DNA of 63,399 bases, counting the filler, from Octopus bimaculoides (taxonomy: Eukaryota), in assembly GCF_001194135.2 (NCBI RefSeq). It is 6 parts of 6 records of this genome, joined end to end, with 100 filler letters (N's around TTAATTAATTAA, not from the genome) between each part and the next. Parts side by side here need not be neighbours in the genome. Positions count along the whole stretch, not along the records: positions 30,441 to 50,598 come from NC_068991.1; 5 more parts are not named here. One strand, given 5' to 3'. Every line of letters starts with the position of its first letter. Within the stretch, counting starts at the first letter, position 1. A program made the translations under genes and the position numbers. Positions 38,098 through 49,780 of the stretch are shown in pieces. Under the pieces are notes generated by a model. That model had not been told where the DNA came from and made no database searches. It saw nothing but the letters and a program-made list of their open reading frames with translations.

Positions 38098-38601
38098 TAT
38101 ATATAAGAACAGAAGTACACACGCTTTCGCTCACGCACACGCACGCACACATACACACATACACACACACATGTATACATACACACTCGTTTATTATTTT
38201 TGTCTCCTATATCTTTTAAACACTCCTTCCCTTCCTCATTCTTCTTGAACTACCATCTCTCTTTCACTTTCTCAACCCCCCTCTCTCTCTCTCTCACACA
38301 CTTTCTAATACACACACATTTATACTCACGTATGCACATACAAACAGATGCACAAGATATACACACACAGATGCATGTATATATATATATATATGTGTAT
38401 ATATATATATATATANNNNNNNNNNNNNNNNNNNNNNNNNNNNNNNNNNNNNNNNNNNNNNNNNNNNNNNNNNNNNNNNNNNNNNNNNNNNNNNNNNNNN
38501 NNNNNNNNNNNNNNNNNNNNNNNNNNNNNNNNNNNNNNNNNNNNNNNNNNNNNNNNNNNNNNNNNNNNNNNNNNNNNNNNNNNNNNNNNNNNNNNNNNNN
38601 N

Positions 38602-38680
38602 CATATTCAAAAGAGACAGAGACTTCAAATTCGATACATCGATTTAATCGAATTTGAAGTCTCTGTCTCTTTTGAATATG
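38602..38680. repeat. Perfect 34-bp inverted repeat with 11-nt loop
   Basis: catattcaaaagagacagagacttcaaattcgat (38602-38635) and its exact reverse complement (38647-38680). Confidence 0.95.
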
Positions 38681-38994
38681 AAAATTTAAAAGTTTAAAAA
38701 TCTTATGATATATATATATATATATATACACATATATACACACTCACAGGCACACAAGCACATATAGTTTTGCGGTCAACTTATCCTGACTCTCTTCTCT
38801 CTGTCTCTTTCGCATTCACTCTATTTTTTTTCCTTTGTCCATTCGTCTCACTTCAGCCTATTCTTCCGTTGGCAAATTAAAATGTGCCACGCATGCGTAT
38901 CTGTGTTCACAGATGGATTTGACACTTTCCATGGTTTTGTTTTTTACTAACGGCAGTAACAAGTTTAATTCATATACGAGCTTACAGTGTATCG

Positions 38995-39043
<49 letters not shown>

Positions 39044-39133
39044 CATATATATTTTTATGTATGCATATATATGTATATGTATAAATATATATATTACATA
39101 TTTGTATATATATAAATGCATATATATATATGC

Positions 39134-39176
<43 letters not shown>

Positions 39177-39761
39177 AATATATATATATATATATATGTA
39201 CACACACATGCAANNNNNNNNNNTATAAATATATATATATATATATATGTACACACACATGCAACTATATATATATATATATATACATGTATATATATAT
39301 ATTTATATATGTGTGTGTATGTATTATACATATATATATTATCATGTGTGTGTGTGTGCGTAAGAAATAATTAAGATTCAGTACTGAAGTTGAAGCACCA
39401 AGTCAGTCCGGAATTATCTGCATAGCTCGAAATAGGGTAAATAAAATCAAAAGAAGCAGCAGGACATCAATTTGTAATGCAGTACGACCGTTTCAAGCGG
39501 CCCAATTTAATTGAACAATGCAATCATTACATCAATTCGAATGGAATGCTATATTTAGCTGCACAAGAAAATATATGGAATTTCAACAGGTAGGATACAT
39601 TAATATAATTATTCTTAAATATTTTAACAGAGTAAGATGACTTCTCCTAGTGTGTATGTGTGTATTGCTTATTGATAGAAAGTTAAAAAGTGATTCAAAC
39701 ACCGATTTCGTGTGTAGCATTTATTAAATTCTTGCTTGTCATGTTTCTTCTGCCAAAACTA

Positions 39762-39790
39762 TAGACAGACAGACAGACAGACAGGCAGGC

Positions 39791-39836
<46 letters not shown>

Positions 39837-39878
39837 ATACATAGATAGATAGATACATAGATAGATAGACAGACAGAC

Positions 39879-39951
<73 letters not shown>

Positions 39952-39980
39952 CAGAGGGAGAGAGAGAGAGAGAGAGAGAT
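39762..39980. repeat. (CAGA)n/(TAGA)n/(GA)n microsatellite
   Basis: Direct inspection. Confidence 0.95.
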
Positions 39981-40842
39981 TGCGAGTCATCTCATGATTT
40001 TTACTCGGTCGTCGTTGGTCAATTGGTTCACTTTCACACCTCATTCTATTTTGTAACATCAGCATGATTCTATCTAATTATATCAGTTTGGTAAGTATTG
40101 CTGCTAATTACTTCTTATATGATATTTTACACGACCCAATTTTATTGCTGGTTTGATGTTTTCAGCTTTTAATTGGATGTTAGCTTAAAAGATGTCTGTT
40201 CATGAAACTACCTTTTGACATCAGTTTTTACTTCATGTTCAACATCTGAGCAGATTTTAGAAGGATATAAATTTTCCACGAGATAGAACATTCTATAGAT
40301 GAATATGTATTTGAACTCTAAATATCCGTCTTCGTGATAAAGAAATACAGATTCATTTATCTCTAAATCTAAAGGAGTGAATATTTTGAATATATCTATG
40401 TTAGAACGTTTTTGCAATGATGCCGTTATAATTTTTCTTGCAACCATTTTTTCATTTTTTTTATCTAGATCTGCTGTTAGTGCTTTTTTGCGACAAAATT
40501 GTAAAGACAAACTATATCTTGCAACAATCTTATTGAGTTAGAGGATTGTTTTTTGCTGCACAGATTTTAATATTCGTATTTGGTGAGGAAATATCTATTT
40601 AACATTAGATATTACACTCATGCTAAAAAGCGGGTTGAACCAAATTATTTTTCGATTTCTATTTTTATAGTCTGCGCGTTACGAGTACGTCTTTGTTTGT
40701 ATTGTATTTTCTTTGAATCCTCTTCTATGTACTACGGCAATTATGTAGAGTCAATAGAATGCATAGTTATCAAACGATTTGGAAATTCTTGCACTATCCT
40801 CACTGACTGGGCCTTTTCATGATCGTAGGTGGTGGGGTCTCT

Positions 40843-41128
40843 TTTACTTGTTTCAGTCTTTGGACTACGGCCTTGCTGGAGCTCCACCTCGAAAGATTTA
40901 ATCGAACAAGTCGACGCGAGTACTTATATATGTATGTATATATACTTATTTAGGGATTGCTGGTTGGTTTGATAAATTGATAAATACATTGATGAAAGGA
41001 CGTTTTGTACTTACTCTTTCGGTCTCTTTTCCAAATGGCTAAGTTACAGAGGCGTAAACAAACCGACATTAGTTGTCAGACTGTAGTGGCTTGACACAAA
41101 TACAGACACAAAGTCGAACACACACACA

Positions 41129-41169
<41 letters not shown>

Positions 41170-41468
41170 ATACATATGCGACGCGCTTCTTTTAGTTTCC
41201 TTATTTCTTTACTGCCCACAAGGGGCTAAACATAGAGGGGACAAGCAAGGACAGAAAGGGATTAAGTCGATTACATCGACCCCAGTGCGTAACTGGTACT
41301 TAATTTATCGACCCCGAAAGGATGGAAGGCAAAGTCGACCTCGGTGGAATTTGAACTCAGAACACAACGGCAGGCGAAATACCGCTAAGCATTTCGCCCG
41401 GCGTGCTAACGTTTCTGCCAGCTTGCCACGCTTTTTTTAGTTTCCGACAACCAAATCCATTCACAAGG
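40843..41468 (-). mobile_element. SINE family A variant, interrupted by an inverted local segment and by a SINE B
   Basis: 3' arm 40843-41110, (CA)n, 5' arm start gcttcttttagtttcc, resuming after the B copy as ttttagtttccgacaaccaaatccattcacaagg. Confidence 0.8.
41201..41431 (-). mobile_element. SINE family B (tail type 1) nested in SINE A, 11-bp TSD
   Basis: TSD ttttagtttcc at 41190-41200 and 41435-41445. Confidence 0.92.
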
Positions 41469-41801
41469 CAACCTAAATCATTATTAATATATGCACAATT
41501 GGATAGAACTAAATTGGTTTGTCTAATTTGTGTGACAAGGCATAAACCCATCGTTGTGCAGTGCTTTTACTAATTAATTAGTTAATGAACTTTACAAATG
41601 CAGATTTGATAAGCTAGTTTAGCTCTGTATGAACACATACTTCAAATATCCATAAACACACACTTTAGATAGATGTTCTCTGTGCTTTTCTCTATTCGTA
41701 GCAGTGCAGTTATCCATGCATCCTTTTATCAATGTATTTATCAATTTATCAAACCAACCAACAAGTATATATACATGCATATAATATGTGTGTGTGCGTT
41801 C

Positions 41802-41842
<41 letters not shown>

Positions 41843-41843
<1 letters not shown>

Positions 41844-42172
41844 GAGACCCCCTTCGGTCATGAATGACCTTGGGATTGCACCTAGAAAGTTACCCTCCCA
41901 GGCACAAGTCCGGGCAAGGTTGTTTTTATGGAAGACCAGCAGTCACCCATGCATATCGGCCTCCCCTCTCCACGCCACCAGTGTTATCCAAGGGAAAGGC
42001 AAAGGGGCCGATACAGCTTGGCACAAATGACGTTGCAACTCATTTCTACAGCTGAGTGAACTGGAGCAACGTGAAATAAAGTGTCTTGCTCAAGAACACA
42101 ACACACAGCCCGGTCCAGGATTTGAACTCACAACCTCACGATCGTAAGCTCGATGCTCTAACCACTGAGCTA
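41843..42172 (-). mobile_element. SINE family D, inserted in (TA)n
   Basis: Minus strand: A box TAGCTCAGTGG, anticodon-like loop CTTACGA, B box GAGTTCAAATCC. The central block gttgtgttcttgagcaagacactttatttcacgttgct is shared with 54925-54960. Confidence 0.85.
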
Positions 42173-42428
42173 TATATATAGGTGTATAAATGTTGAATGT
42201 GGATTCGTCCTTTAATTGGAGGTTTCCAAAAAAGATTTCAAATGTTGATTCTTCATACTTTGCTGGGAATTTACAGGCGTAAATTTGCGAAGATATAAAA
42301 GTAGTCCTTGTATATAATGTGTGATGAATTTATGGAATGAGGTTCGATAAATCCCAACAATTTTGTTAAGAATGGAGGAAAGAAGTTGTTAAAAGTTTAA
42401 TTCTTGCAGACGATCGTTTCGTACAGAG

Positions 42429-42499
<71 letters not shown>

Positions 42500-45096
42500 T
42501 AAATTCATGATTGAATTAAATTGAATTAATATTAACGTACTCTTCAGTACAGGAAGGAAAGAAACCACAATACAAGGAACTTAAAAAGGAATAGAGCAGA
42601 AAAAAATGGATCTAGGAAAGGGATATTCGTATCTCTATCTGTCTATCTATCTATCGATCCATCGATCTATCAATCTGAACCATTTCTCAATATAAACAGA
42701 TATCAGTCTATGTAGCTGTTTGCATAGCCATCAGTCTAGCTTTTCATTCATCTAGCTATGCATGCAACTATAACTTCACCACAGTTAATCAGATAATATC
42801 CTCACGGTTGGTCCAGCCAGCAATCCCATTACAAAAGCTCTGCTAAATTTAGGAATTTATGTTCCGTAGTGACTACGTCACTTGATAATTATCTATGCGC
42901 CTGTATTTCTTCCTATCCATAAATAAATGTGCACTCGTGTGTGTACGTATGTGCGCGCACATGTGTATGTGTTTGTGTGTGTATTTATGCGAGATGGATA
43001 AGGAAAGTGTGAGAGAGCCACAAGGAGAGAGGGAGAAGTAGTGCCTAAGTATGTCTATAAAATGTATGCGTGTATAGAATATACGTATACATATATATGT
43101 GTATCTGTGTGCATCTATGTATGCATATATGTATACATAGATATGCTTAAATATACACATGTACATACATACATATGTGTATATACATATACATATGCAT
43201 ACATATATACATATACATGTCTCTGTATATTTATATATATATATATACATACATACACATGCCTATATATANNNNNNNNNNNNNNNNNNNNNNNNNNNNN
43301 NNNNNNNNNNNNNNNNNNNNNNNNNNNNNNNNNNNNNNNNNNNNNNNNNNNNNNNNNNNNNNNNNNNNNNNNNNNNNNNNNNNNNNNNNNNNNNNNNNNN
43401 NNNNNNNNNNNNNNNNNNNNNNNNNNNNNNNNNNNNNNNNNNNNNNNNNNNNNNNNNNNNNNNNNNNNNNNNNNNNNNNNNNNNNNNNNNNNNNNNNNNN
43501 NNNNNNNNNNNNNNNNNNNNNNNNNNNNNNNNNNNNNNNNNNNNNNNNNNNNNNNNNNNNNNNNNNNNNNNNNNNNNNNNNNNNNNNNNNNNNNNNNNNN
43601 NNNNNNNNNNNNNNNNNNNNNNNNNNNNNNNNNNNNNNNNNNNNNNNNNNNNNNNNNNNNNNNNNNNNNNNNNNNNNNNNNNNNNNNNNNNNNNNNNNNN
43701 NNNNNNNNNNNNNNNNNNNNNNNNNNNNNNNNNNNNNNNNNNNNNNNNNNNNNNNNNNNNNNNNNNNNNNNNNNNNNNNNNNNNNNNNNNNNNNNNNNNN
43801 NNNNNNNNNNNNNNNNNNNNNNNNNNNNNNNNNNNNNNNNNNNNNNNNNNNNNNNNNNNNNNNNNNNNNNNNNNNNNNNNNNNNNNNNNNNNNNNNNNNN
43901 NNNNNNNNNNNNNNNNNNNNNNNNNNNNNNNNNNNNNNNNNNNNNNNNNNNNNNNNNNNNNNNNNNNNNNNNNNNNNNNNNNNNNNNNNNNNNNNNNNNN
44001 NNNNNNNNNNNNNNNNNNNNNNNNNNNNNNNNNNNNNNNNNNNNNNNNNNNNNNNNNNNNNNNNNNNNNNNNNNNNNNNNNNNNNNNNNNNNNNNNNNNN
44101 NNNNNNNNNNNNNNNNNNNNNNNNNNNNNNNNNNNNNNNNNNNNNNNNNNNNNNNNNNNNNNNNNNNNNNNNNNNNNNNNNNNNNNNNNNNNNNNNNNNN
44201 NNNNNNNNNNNNNNNNNNNNNNNNNNNNNNNNNNNNNNNNNNNNNNNNNNNNNNNNNTGTATGTATGTATGTATGTATGTGAATGTATATGTGTGTGGAG
44301 ATAGAGAGAGAGAGAAGGGGAGAGATTGACAGACAGACAGATAGATATATAGATAGATAGATAGTCTGTATGTGTATGTGTGCTTGTTTTGTGTACATAT
44401 ATATATATATATATATTGAGCCTGTATATAGAGAGAGAGAAAAAGAGAGAGAGAGTGAGAGAGAGAGAGAGAGAGAGAGAAAGAAAAAGAGAGAGAGAGA
44501 AAGAAAAAGAGAGAGAGAGAAAGACTCAAAGATTGAAAGAGTCTGAGTGACAGCCTTATCTATCCGTCCATCCATCTTGCTATCTATCACGTGACAATAT
44601 TTCCCGCCAGTTCAAACTAGATTTCTGGCCTGTTTGTTTATGTTAAACATCTTTACTCCAGCTTATTAATCGTATTTATCAAAATGTTAGCGATGGTCTC
44701 CCTTCATTTAATCAATGGAAGGGTTCTACAATCGATTTTCTTTTTTCCTTCTTTTCTTTTATTTTTATACTTTTTTTTTGGCAGGCAATTATAAGAAATA
44801 ACAAAATAAACCCGATTTATATTTCACACTTCAGCGACACCAGTGTTGCTTTCTTGTGGGACAGTTTTAATCCTAAAGTATTCAGAATATAATACAGTTT
44901 CCTTTATTAGTCAGATTATTTATTGGCTGGCACGAGACCACAGATTGGGAGGTAGGTGGAAGTGGCTCAAATTGATTGATTAATTTTATCAAACCCGAAA
45001 ATGATGAAAAACTTTAATCAACCCAAGAAGGAATTGAGTTCAATAAATTAAGAGCGTCGGACGAAACTCCTGGCCTCATGTATTTTCCACGACCTT

Positions 45097-45292
45097 ACTT
45101 TTTACTCTTTACTCTTTTACTTGTTTCAGTCATTTGACTGCGGCCATGCTGGAGCACCGCCTTTAGTCGAGCAAATCGACCCCAGGACTTATTCTTTGGA
45201 ATCCAAGTACTTATTCTATCGGTTGTCAAGCGATGTTGCGGGGACAGACACAGACACACAAACATATACACATACATATAAATATATATATA
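45097..45292 (-). mobile_element. SINE family A 3' arm with ~51-bp internal deletion
   Basis: ttacttgtttcagtcatttgactgcggccatgctggagcaccgcc...; ends in the internal (TA)n where the mariner begins. Confidence 0.88.
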
Positions 45293-46222
45293 TTGGGTCA
45301 TCCCATAAATAATGCGGTATTTTCAATTGCATGAATTAAAATTCGGAAGGGGACGGGATAAACTACCTGCATCAACTTGCTATAAAAGCAGGTAGTAATT
45401 TTACCTTGTTCTTAATCTTAGTGTAAGTTTTGAAGAGTACAGTTTGACTTTAACAGTTATTTTTTCAAAGCTAGAAAGGAAGTGATAAAGGAGTTCAATA
45501 AAGGCAACAACGCAATTGAAAGTACGAGGAATATTAATGCAATATATGGGGATCGGACAATAAGAGTAAGCCAGTGTCAACGGTGGTTCCAGAAATTCCG
45601 ATCCAGAATCTACAGCCTAGAAGGTGAGCCTCGTCTTGGAAGACCTGTAGAGCTCGACGAGGATGTCCTTCAAACTCAGGTGGAACAAAATCCCATCGTA
45701 ACTGTTGAGGAAATAGTAAAAAAGCTTGGATTTGGTCATTCAACCATTCATCGACACTTGCATGCCATCGGAAACGTCAGCAAATTGGTTCAATGGGTTC
45801 CTCACAAACTTTCCGAGTCTAATTGTGCGCACAGAGTGAATGTGTGCCCTTCTTTGCTGTCACGTCTCACGAATGAACCTTTTTTCGACCGAATAGTGAC
45901 TGATGACGAGAAATAGGTTCTCTATGAAAATGTCAAGCGCTGAAGACAGTGGATAGGGAAAGGAGAAACACTGGCACCCCAGGCTAGAGAGGGTCTTCAC
46001 CCACGTAAGGTGTTGTTATCTGTTTGGTGCGATATGAAAGGTTTAGTCCACTTTGAACTTCTAAACCCAAACCAAACGATAACAAAGGAGATCTACTGCG
46101 AGCAGCTTGAGCGGCTTAAGTCAGCGATAGAAATAAAACGACCATCTTTGGTTTCAAGACGAAAGGTGTTCTTCCATCGGGATAATGGTCGCCACATACA
46201 GCGAGGGTGACACACGACAACG
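45293..46222 (+). mobile_element. Mariner (DD34D-type) transposon, 3'-truncated, with transposase pseudogene
   Basis: Left TIR ttgggtcatcccataaataatgcgg after TA. Frame 45482-46220 has HTH regions, WVPHKL, IVTDDEK* (TGG>TAG), another stop near 45941, then LHPRKVLLSVW and FHRDNGR(P)HTARVT. The YSPDL motif, third Asp and right TIR are absent. Confidence 0.93.
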
Positions 46223-47019
46223 AGACAATGTCTCTGATCTTCGGTTTAGTGATTCATATCGCTTCCTGTTTTAATGCCTGCAAACATGTGGTTTTGATTT
46301 CATCCCCACTTCGCGGAAAACGAAATACAGCAACATGTGATCTCTATAAAAAGACATGTGAATTACAAGAATTGATATTCTGAAAGCTAATTCAATTTCA
46401 TTTATTTCATTTTTTTTTTCTATTGCATTCCAGAAGGAAGATATATCAAAACGACCGAAAACGATAGATGCTTACTGTAAAATATATTTATCTCGTTTTT
46501 ATTTTCCATCATAAAGTTCTGTACACATTTTCCTTTTTCTTATTTATGCAATGCATATTTACTCGTGTGAAGCCTTTTGGGATTTTAAATATATCTGCAT
46601 GTGTGCGTGCGTGTGTGTGACTGTGAGTGGTGTATGTATATGTATGTATAAATATATATACATATACATACATGTACATACGAATGTATGTGTGTTGTCT
46701 GCATATATCTATATATGTATATATGTGTTATGTGTGTATATATAGGTGTGTGTACACACACACACACATACATACATACATATAAATATGTACTAGTGTG
46801 TGTGAGTGTGTGTGTGAACGTTTGTATGGATAATACTGAATTATGTGGATGTATCTGCAGTGCCTAAAGAAAAGGTCGGAAACAGTTCTAAGAATTCGTG
46901 AAAATGAAGCCAATTTCTTGAGAACAGAAAAACAAATAAGTATTATTTGATTACATGACTTCTTATTTTATATCTTGAGGGGTTGGTATCTTTTCTCCTC
47001 CTTGTTTATTCCTGTGTTC

Positions 47020-47055
47020 CTTTCTGTCGAAGTGCGTAGGCTCGAAACGTAAAAG
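47020..47055 (+). ncRNA. Minimal type-I hammerhead-like motif with variant core, in a probable PLE pseudo-LTR (~46990-47150)
   Basis: CUUU | CUGUCGA A | GUG-CGUAGG-CUC | GAAA CG UA | AAAG. Helix I is 4 bp, helix III is the palindrome ACGU, and the triplet is GUA; core A6 is U and helix II has a U-U mismatch. Confidence 0.5.
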
Positions 47056-47348
47056 ACTTTCTCATTTTCCCGAGCGTCAAACTAATACATCTATTTTTTG
47101 TTTACACGCCCGTCCTCGTCCTTTGTTTTTTTGTAAATTTTCACTATATATTATACTATGTGTGTGTGNNNNNNNNNNNNNNNNNNNNNNNNNNNNNNNN
47201 NNNNNNNNNNNNNNNNNNNNNNNNNNNNNNNNNNNNNNNNNNNNNNNNNNNNNNNNNNNNNNNNNNNNNNNNNNNNNNNNNNNNNNNNNNNNNNNNNNNN
47301 NNNNNNNNNNNNNNNNNNNNNNNNNNNNNNNNNAATTTATATATATAT

Positions 47349-47587
47349 AGGCGCAGGAGTAGCTGTGTGGTAAGTAGCTTGCTTACCAAGTACACGGTTC
47401 TGGGTTTAGTCCCACTGCGTGACACTTTGGGCAACTGTCTTCTCCTATAGCCTCGGGCCGACCAAAGCCATGTGAGTAGATTTGGTAGACGGAAACTGAA
47501 AGAAGCTCGTCGTATATATATATATTTGGTCGACTAAAGGCGGTCAAATGACTGAAACAAATAAAAGAATAACAGAATAAAAGAATA
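47349..47587 (+). mobile_element. SINE family A with large internal deletion
   Basis: Complete 5' arm, (TA)n, then a jump to ggtcgactaaaggcgg..tcaaatgactgaaacaa. Confidence 0.85.
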
Positions 47588-47625
47588 TATTTGTGTGTGT
47601 GTGTGTGTGTATGTGTGTGTGTGTG

Positions 47626-47763
47626 TGACGGGCTCTCAAATCCACTCACAAGGCTTTGGTTGACCCGGGGCTTTAGTGGAAGACACTTGCCCAAGGTACT
47701 GCACAATGGGACTGAACTGAAAGTCACATGGTTGAGAAGTAAACATCATACCACACAGCCACT
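47626..47763 (-). mobile_element. SINE family A 5' arm
   Basis: aaatccactcacaaggctttgg...gaagacacttgcccaagg...accacacagccact. Confidence 0.82.
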
Positions 47764-48009
47764 TATACATCTTCTCGAGTTGCCAAACCCGAAAACTGCG
47801 TATTTAATTTCGAAGGTTTCTTTCTCCTAGTCAGGTTGTCAACTCCTGGCAGAATTGTTATCGTTTCTGGTTCCAAGCGGGATTTGAACTCAAAATCTAC
47901 GATGTCGGAACAGAATAGACGCAGACACTTTAACAAATCTGCCAACTCAATGAAAATGGAATTGTAAAATGTATTTATCTTCTTGGATGCGCGAGGAATG
48001 TCATTGATG

Positions 48010-48330
48010 CAAGTTTCAAAGAGGACAATTTACAGTTATTTCAAAAGGAATGATTTTCAAAAATAAGCACAAAAACTTCTGCAAATAAAGAATTAGAACT
48101 TATCTCAAATAAAATTCTTGATAAGAAATCCAGGTGTTATTCTAAAAAATAGTTTGATAAATTGTTTGTTTATAAATGACAAAGATGAAGTAGAGGCTAC
48201 GATGACAGTGGCGGAAATGTCAAGACTTGACATGAAAAAAAAATTTATCCAAATACAGAAGAAACTTACAGAACCTCCTCCAACCTTTACTGTGGTATGA
48301 GAAGCTGTAAAGATATTTCGATGCAGTATT
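48010..48330 (+). pseudogene. Decayed pogo/Tigger-like transposase C-terminal relic
   Basis: QVSKRTIYSYFKRNDF resembles W..V...TI.NCF.KAGF; ...TEPPPTFTVV*EAVKIFR resembles ..PP.PT..EA..A...LR. By-eye similarity only. Confidence 0.45.
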
Positions 48331-49503
48331 TCATATCGATCAACAGAGTTCATATGTAATATAATGAAGACGAGCGATTCATTTATGAACTACTGAACGT
48401 TAACAGTACACAGTCAACTTTTTATATTTTTGATAAATAATTTTTAATAAGATTAATTCTAGTTAGTCAAATAACTAATTATTCCAAGCCAATGATTTCT
48501 AAAGTAATTATATATAATAATGTTGTTTATAACAATGAATATAAACTAGTTGTCCGTTGGAAAATTCCACGAGATACTTGACCTTTTCATCATTACTGTA
48601 AAATCTATCGAATAAGCATCTTTATCTAGAAATACATAGCTGCGATGTTATGCTAACATATTGCAGTTCACGTCTTTTAGAATTCAAATGTCAAATGTCA
48701 ACTAATTTTGTATTTAACGGTTTAAGTGTAGCGTATTTTTAACTCTTCCATCCGATTTTTTTATGCATTTTTCAAAAAAAAATCGTCTTCCATTTTGTAT
48801 GTCTTCAGCACCAAATATTCATGTTGTGTCGACGCCCCCAGGCGAAGAAGTAGGATCTCCCAAGACATATAAATAGAGGTAGTCTGGCCGTGGTAGGAGT
48901 GTTGAGTAGCAGTCGAGTAGCAGTTGTGTAGCGGTTGAGTGGAGATCATCCGAAGGTGCTAGATAGCAGTAGCTTGAGACATAACAATTCAGAATCTGCA
49001 GAGTTTTGTTTTGTTAGTTACGACACTAATCATGGTTAGGATAGTAGCTCTTAAAAGGAAACTACCCGTTTACAAACCCACGGATATTAGCTATTTCCGC
49101 TTCCTCTTCATTAAAAAACAGAACTTGCGTCTCTGTAAGTTTTCTTTCTTTGCTATGATGTTGGACAAGATTTTCAAGTTTAAAAGCCATTTCATTTTAT
49201 TAAGGGTAGCAATATGTCCGATCCCTTTCAGTCCTCACAGGCATATCCTTTCTATGAGAAACATCCGGATGTGCGTCACGGGTCGGGTCTCTACGAATGA
49301 TTTTTTTCCGATCCATTTCTTTGATGCTGTCCATCCATCTTTTCCTGTCTGCTTCTCGTTCTGTCTTCCTTTCAGTGTTCCTTGAAGAAACATTTATTTT
49401 TTAATTTTTGCAAGGTCACAAGAACGTGTTACGTGGTTATGTCATCTCAACTTCCTTTCTTCACTGTTGTCAGAAAGTTTTCATAACGGACAATGTAACG
49501 TTA

Positions 49504-49504
<1 letters not shown>

Positions 49505-49599
<95 letters not shown>

Positions 49600-49703
49600 A
49601 AGAAGAAGAAGAAGAAGAAGAAGAAGAAGAAGAAGAAGAAGAAGAAGAAGAAGAAGAAGAAGAAGAAGAAGAANNNNNNNNNNAGAAGAAGAAGAAGAAG
49701 AAG
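49505..49703. repeat. (AAT)n-(AAG)n compound microsatellite
   Basis: Direct inspection; a 10-N gap lies inside. Confidence 0.95.
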
Positions 49704-49734
49704 ATCGAAAAATACCTTACCAATGAGAACCCAA

Positions 49735-49780
49735 GACACCTGATGAAGGTTGGAGGGCATATCAGCCGAAATGTTGTGTT
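49735..49780 (+). ncRNA. Minimal type-I hammerhead ribozyme motif, in a probable PLE pseudo-LTR (~49705-49860)
   Basis: GACAC | CUGAUGA A | GGUUG-GAGGGCAUAU-CAGCC | GAAA UG UU | GUGUU. Helix I is 5 bp, helix II is 5 bp, the core is intact, helix III is AUGU (likely from ACGU), and the cleavage triplet GUU ends at 49775. Confidence 0.75.

Noticed and set aside
39170-39263. Apparent ~40-bp direct repeat around a 10-N gap
   Set aside because: Overlapping contig ends left unmerged.
40208-40510. 100-aa ORF with LYHEDG resembling the PLE LYRDDG motif
   Set aside because: The surrounding motifs are absent or out of order; the similarity is too short.
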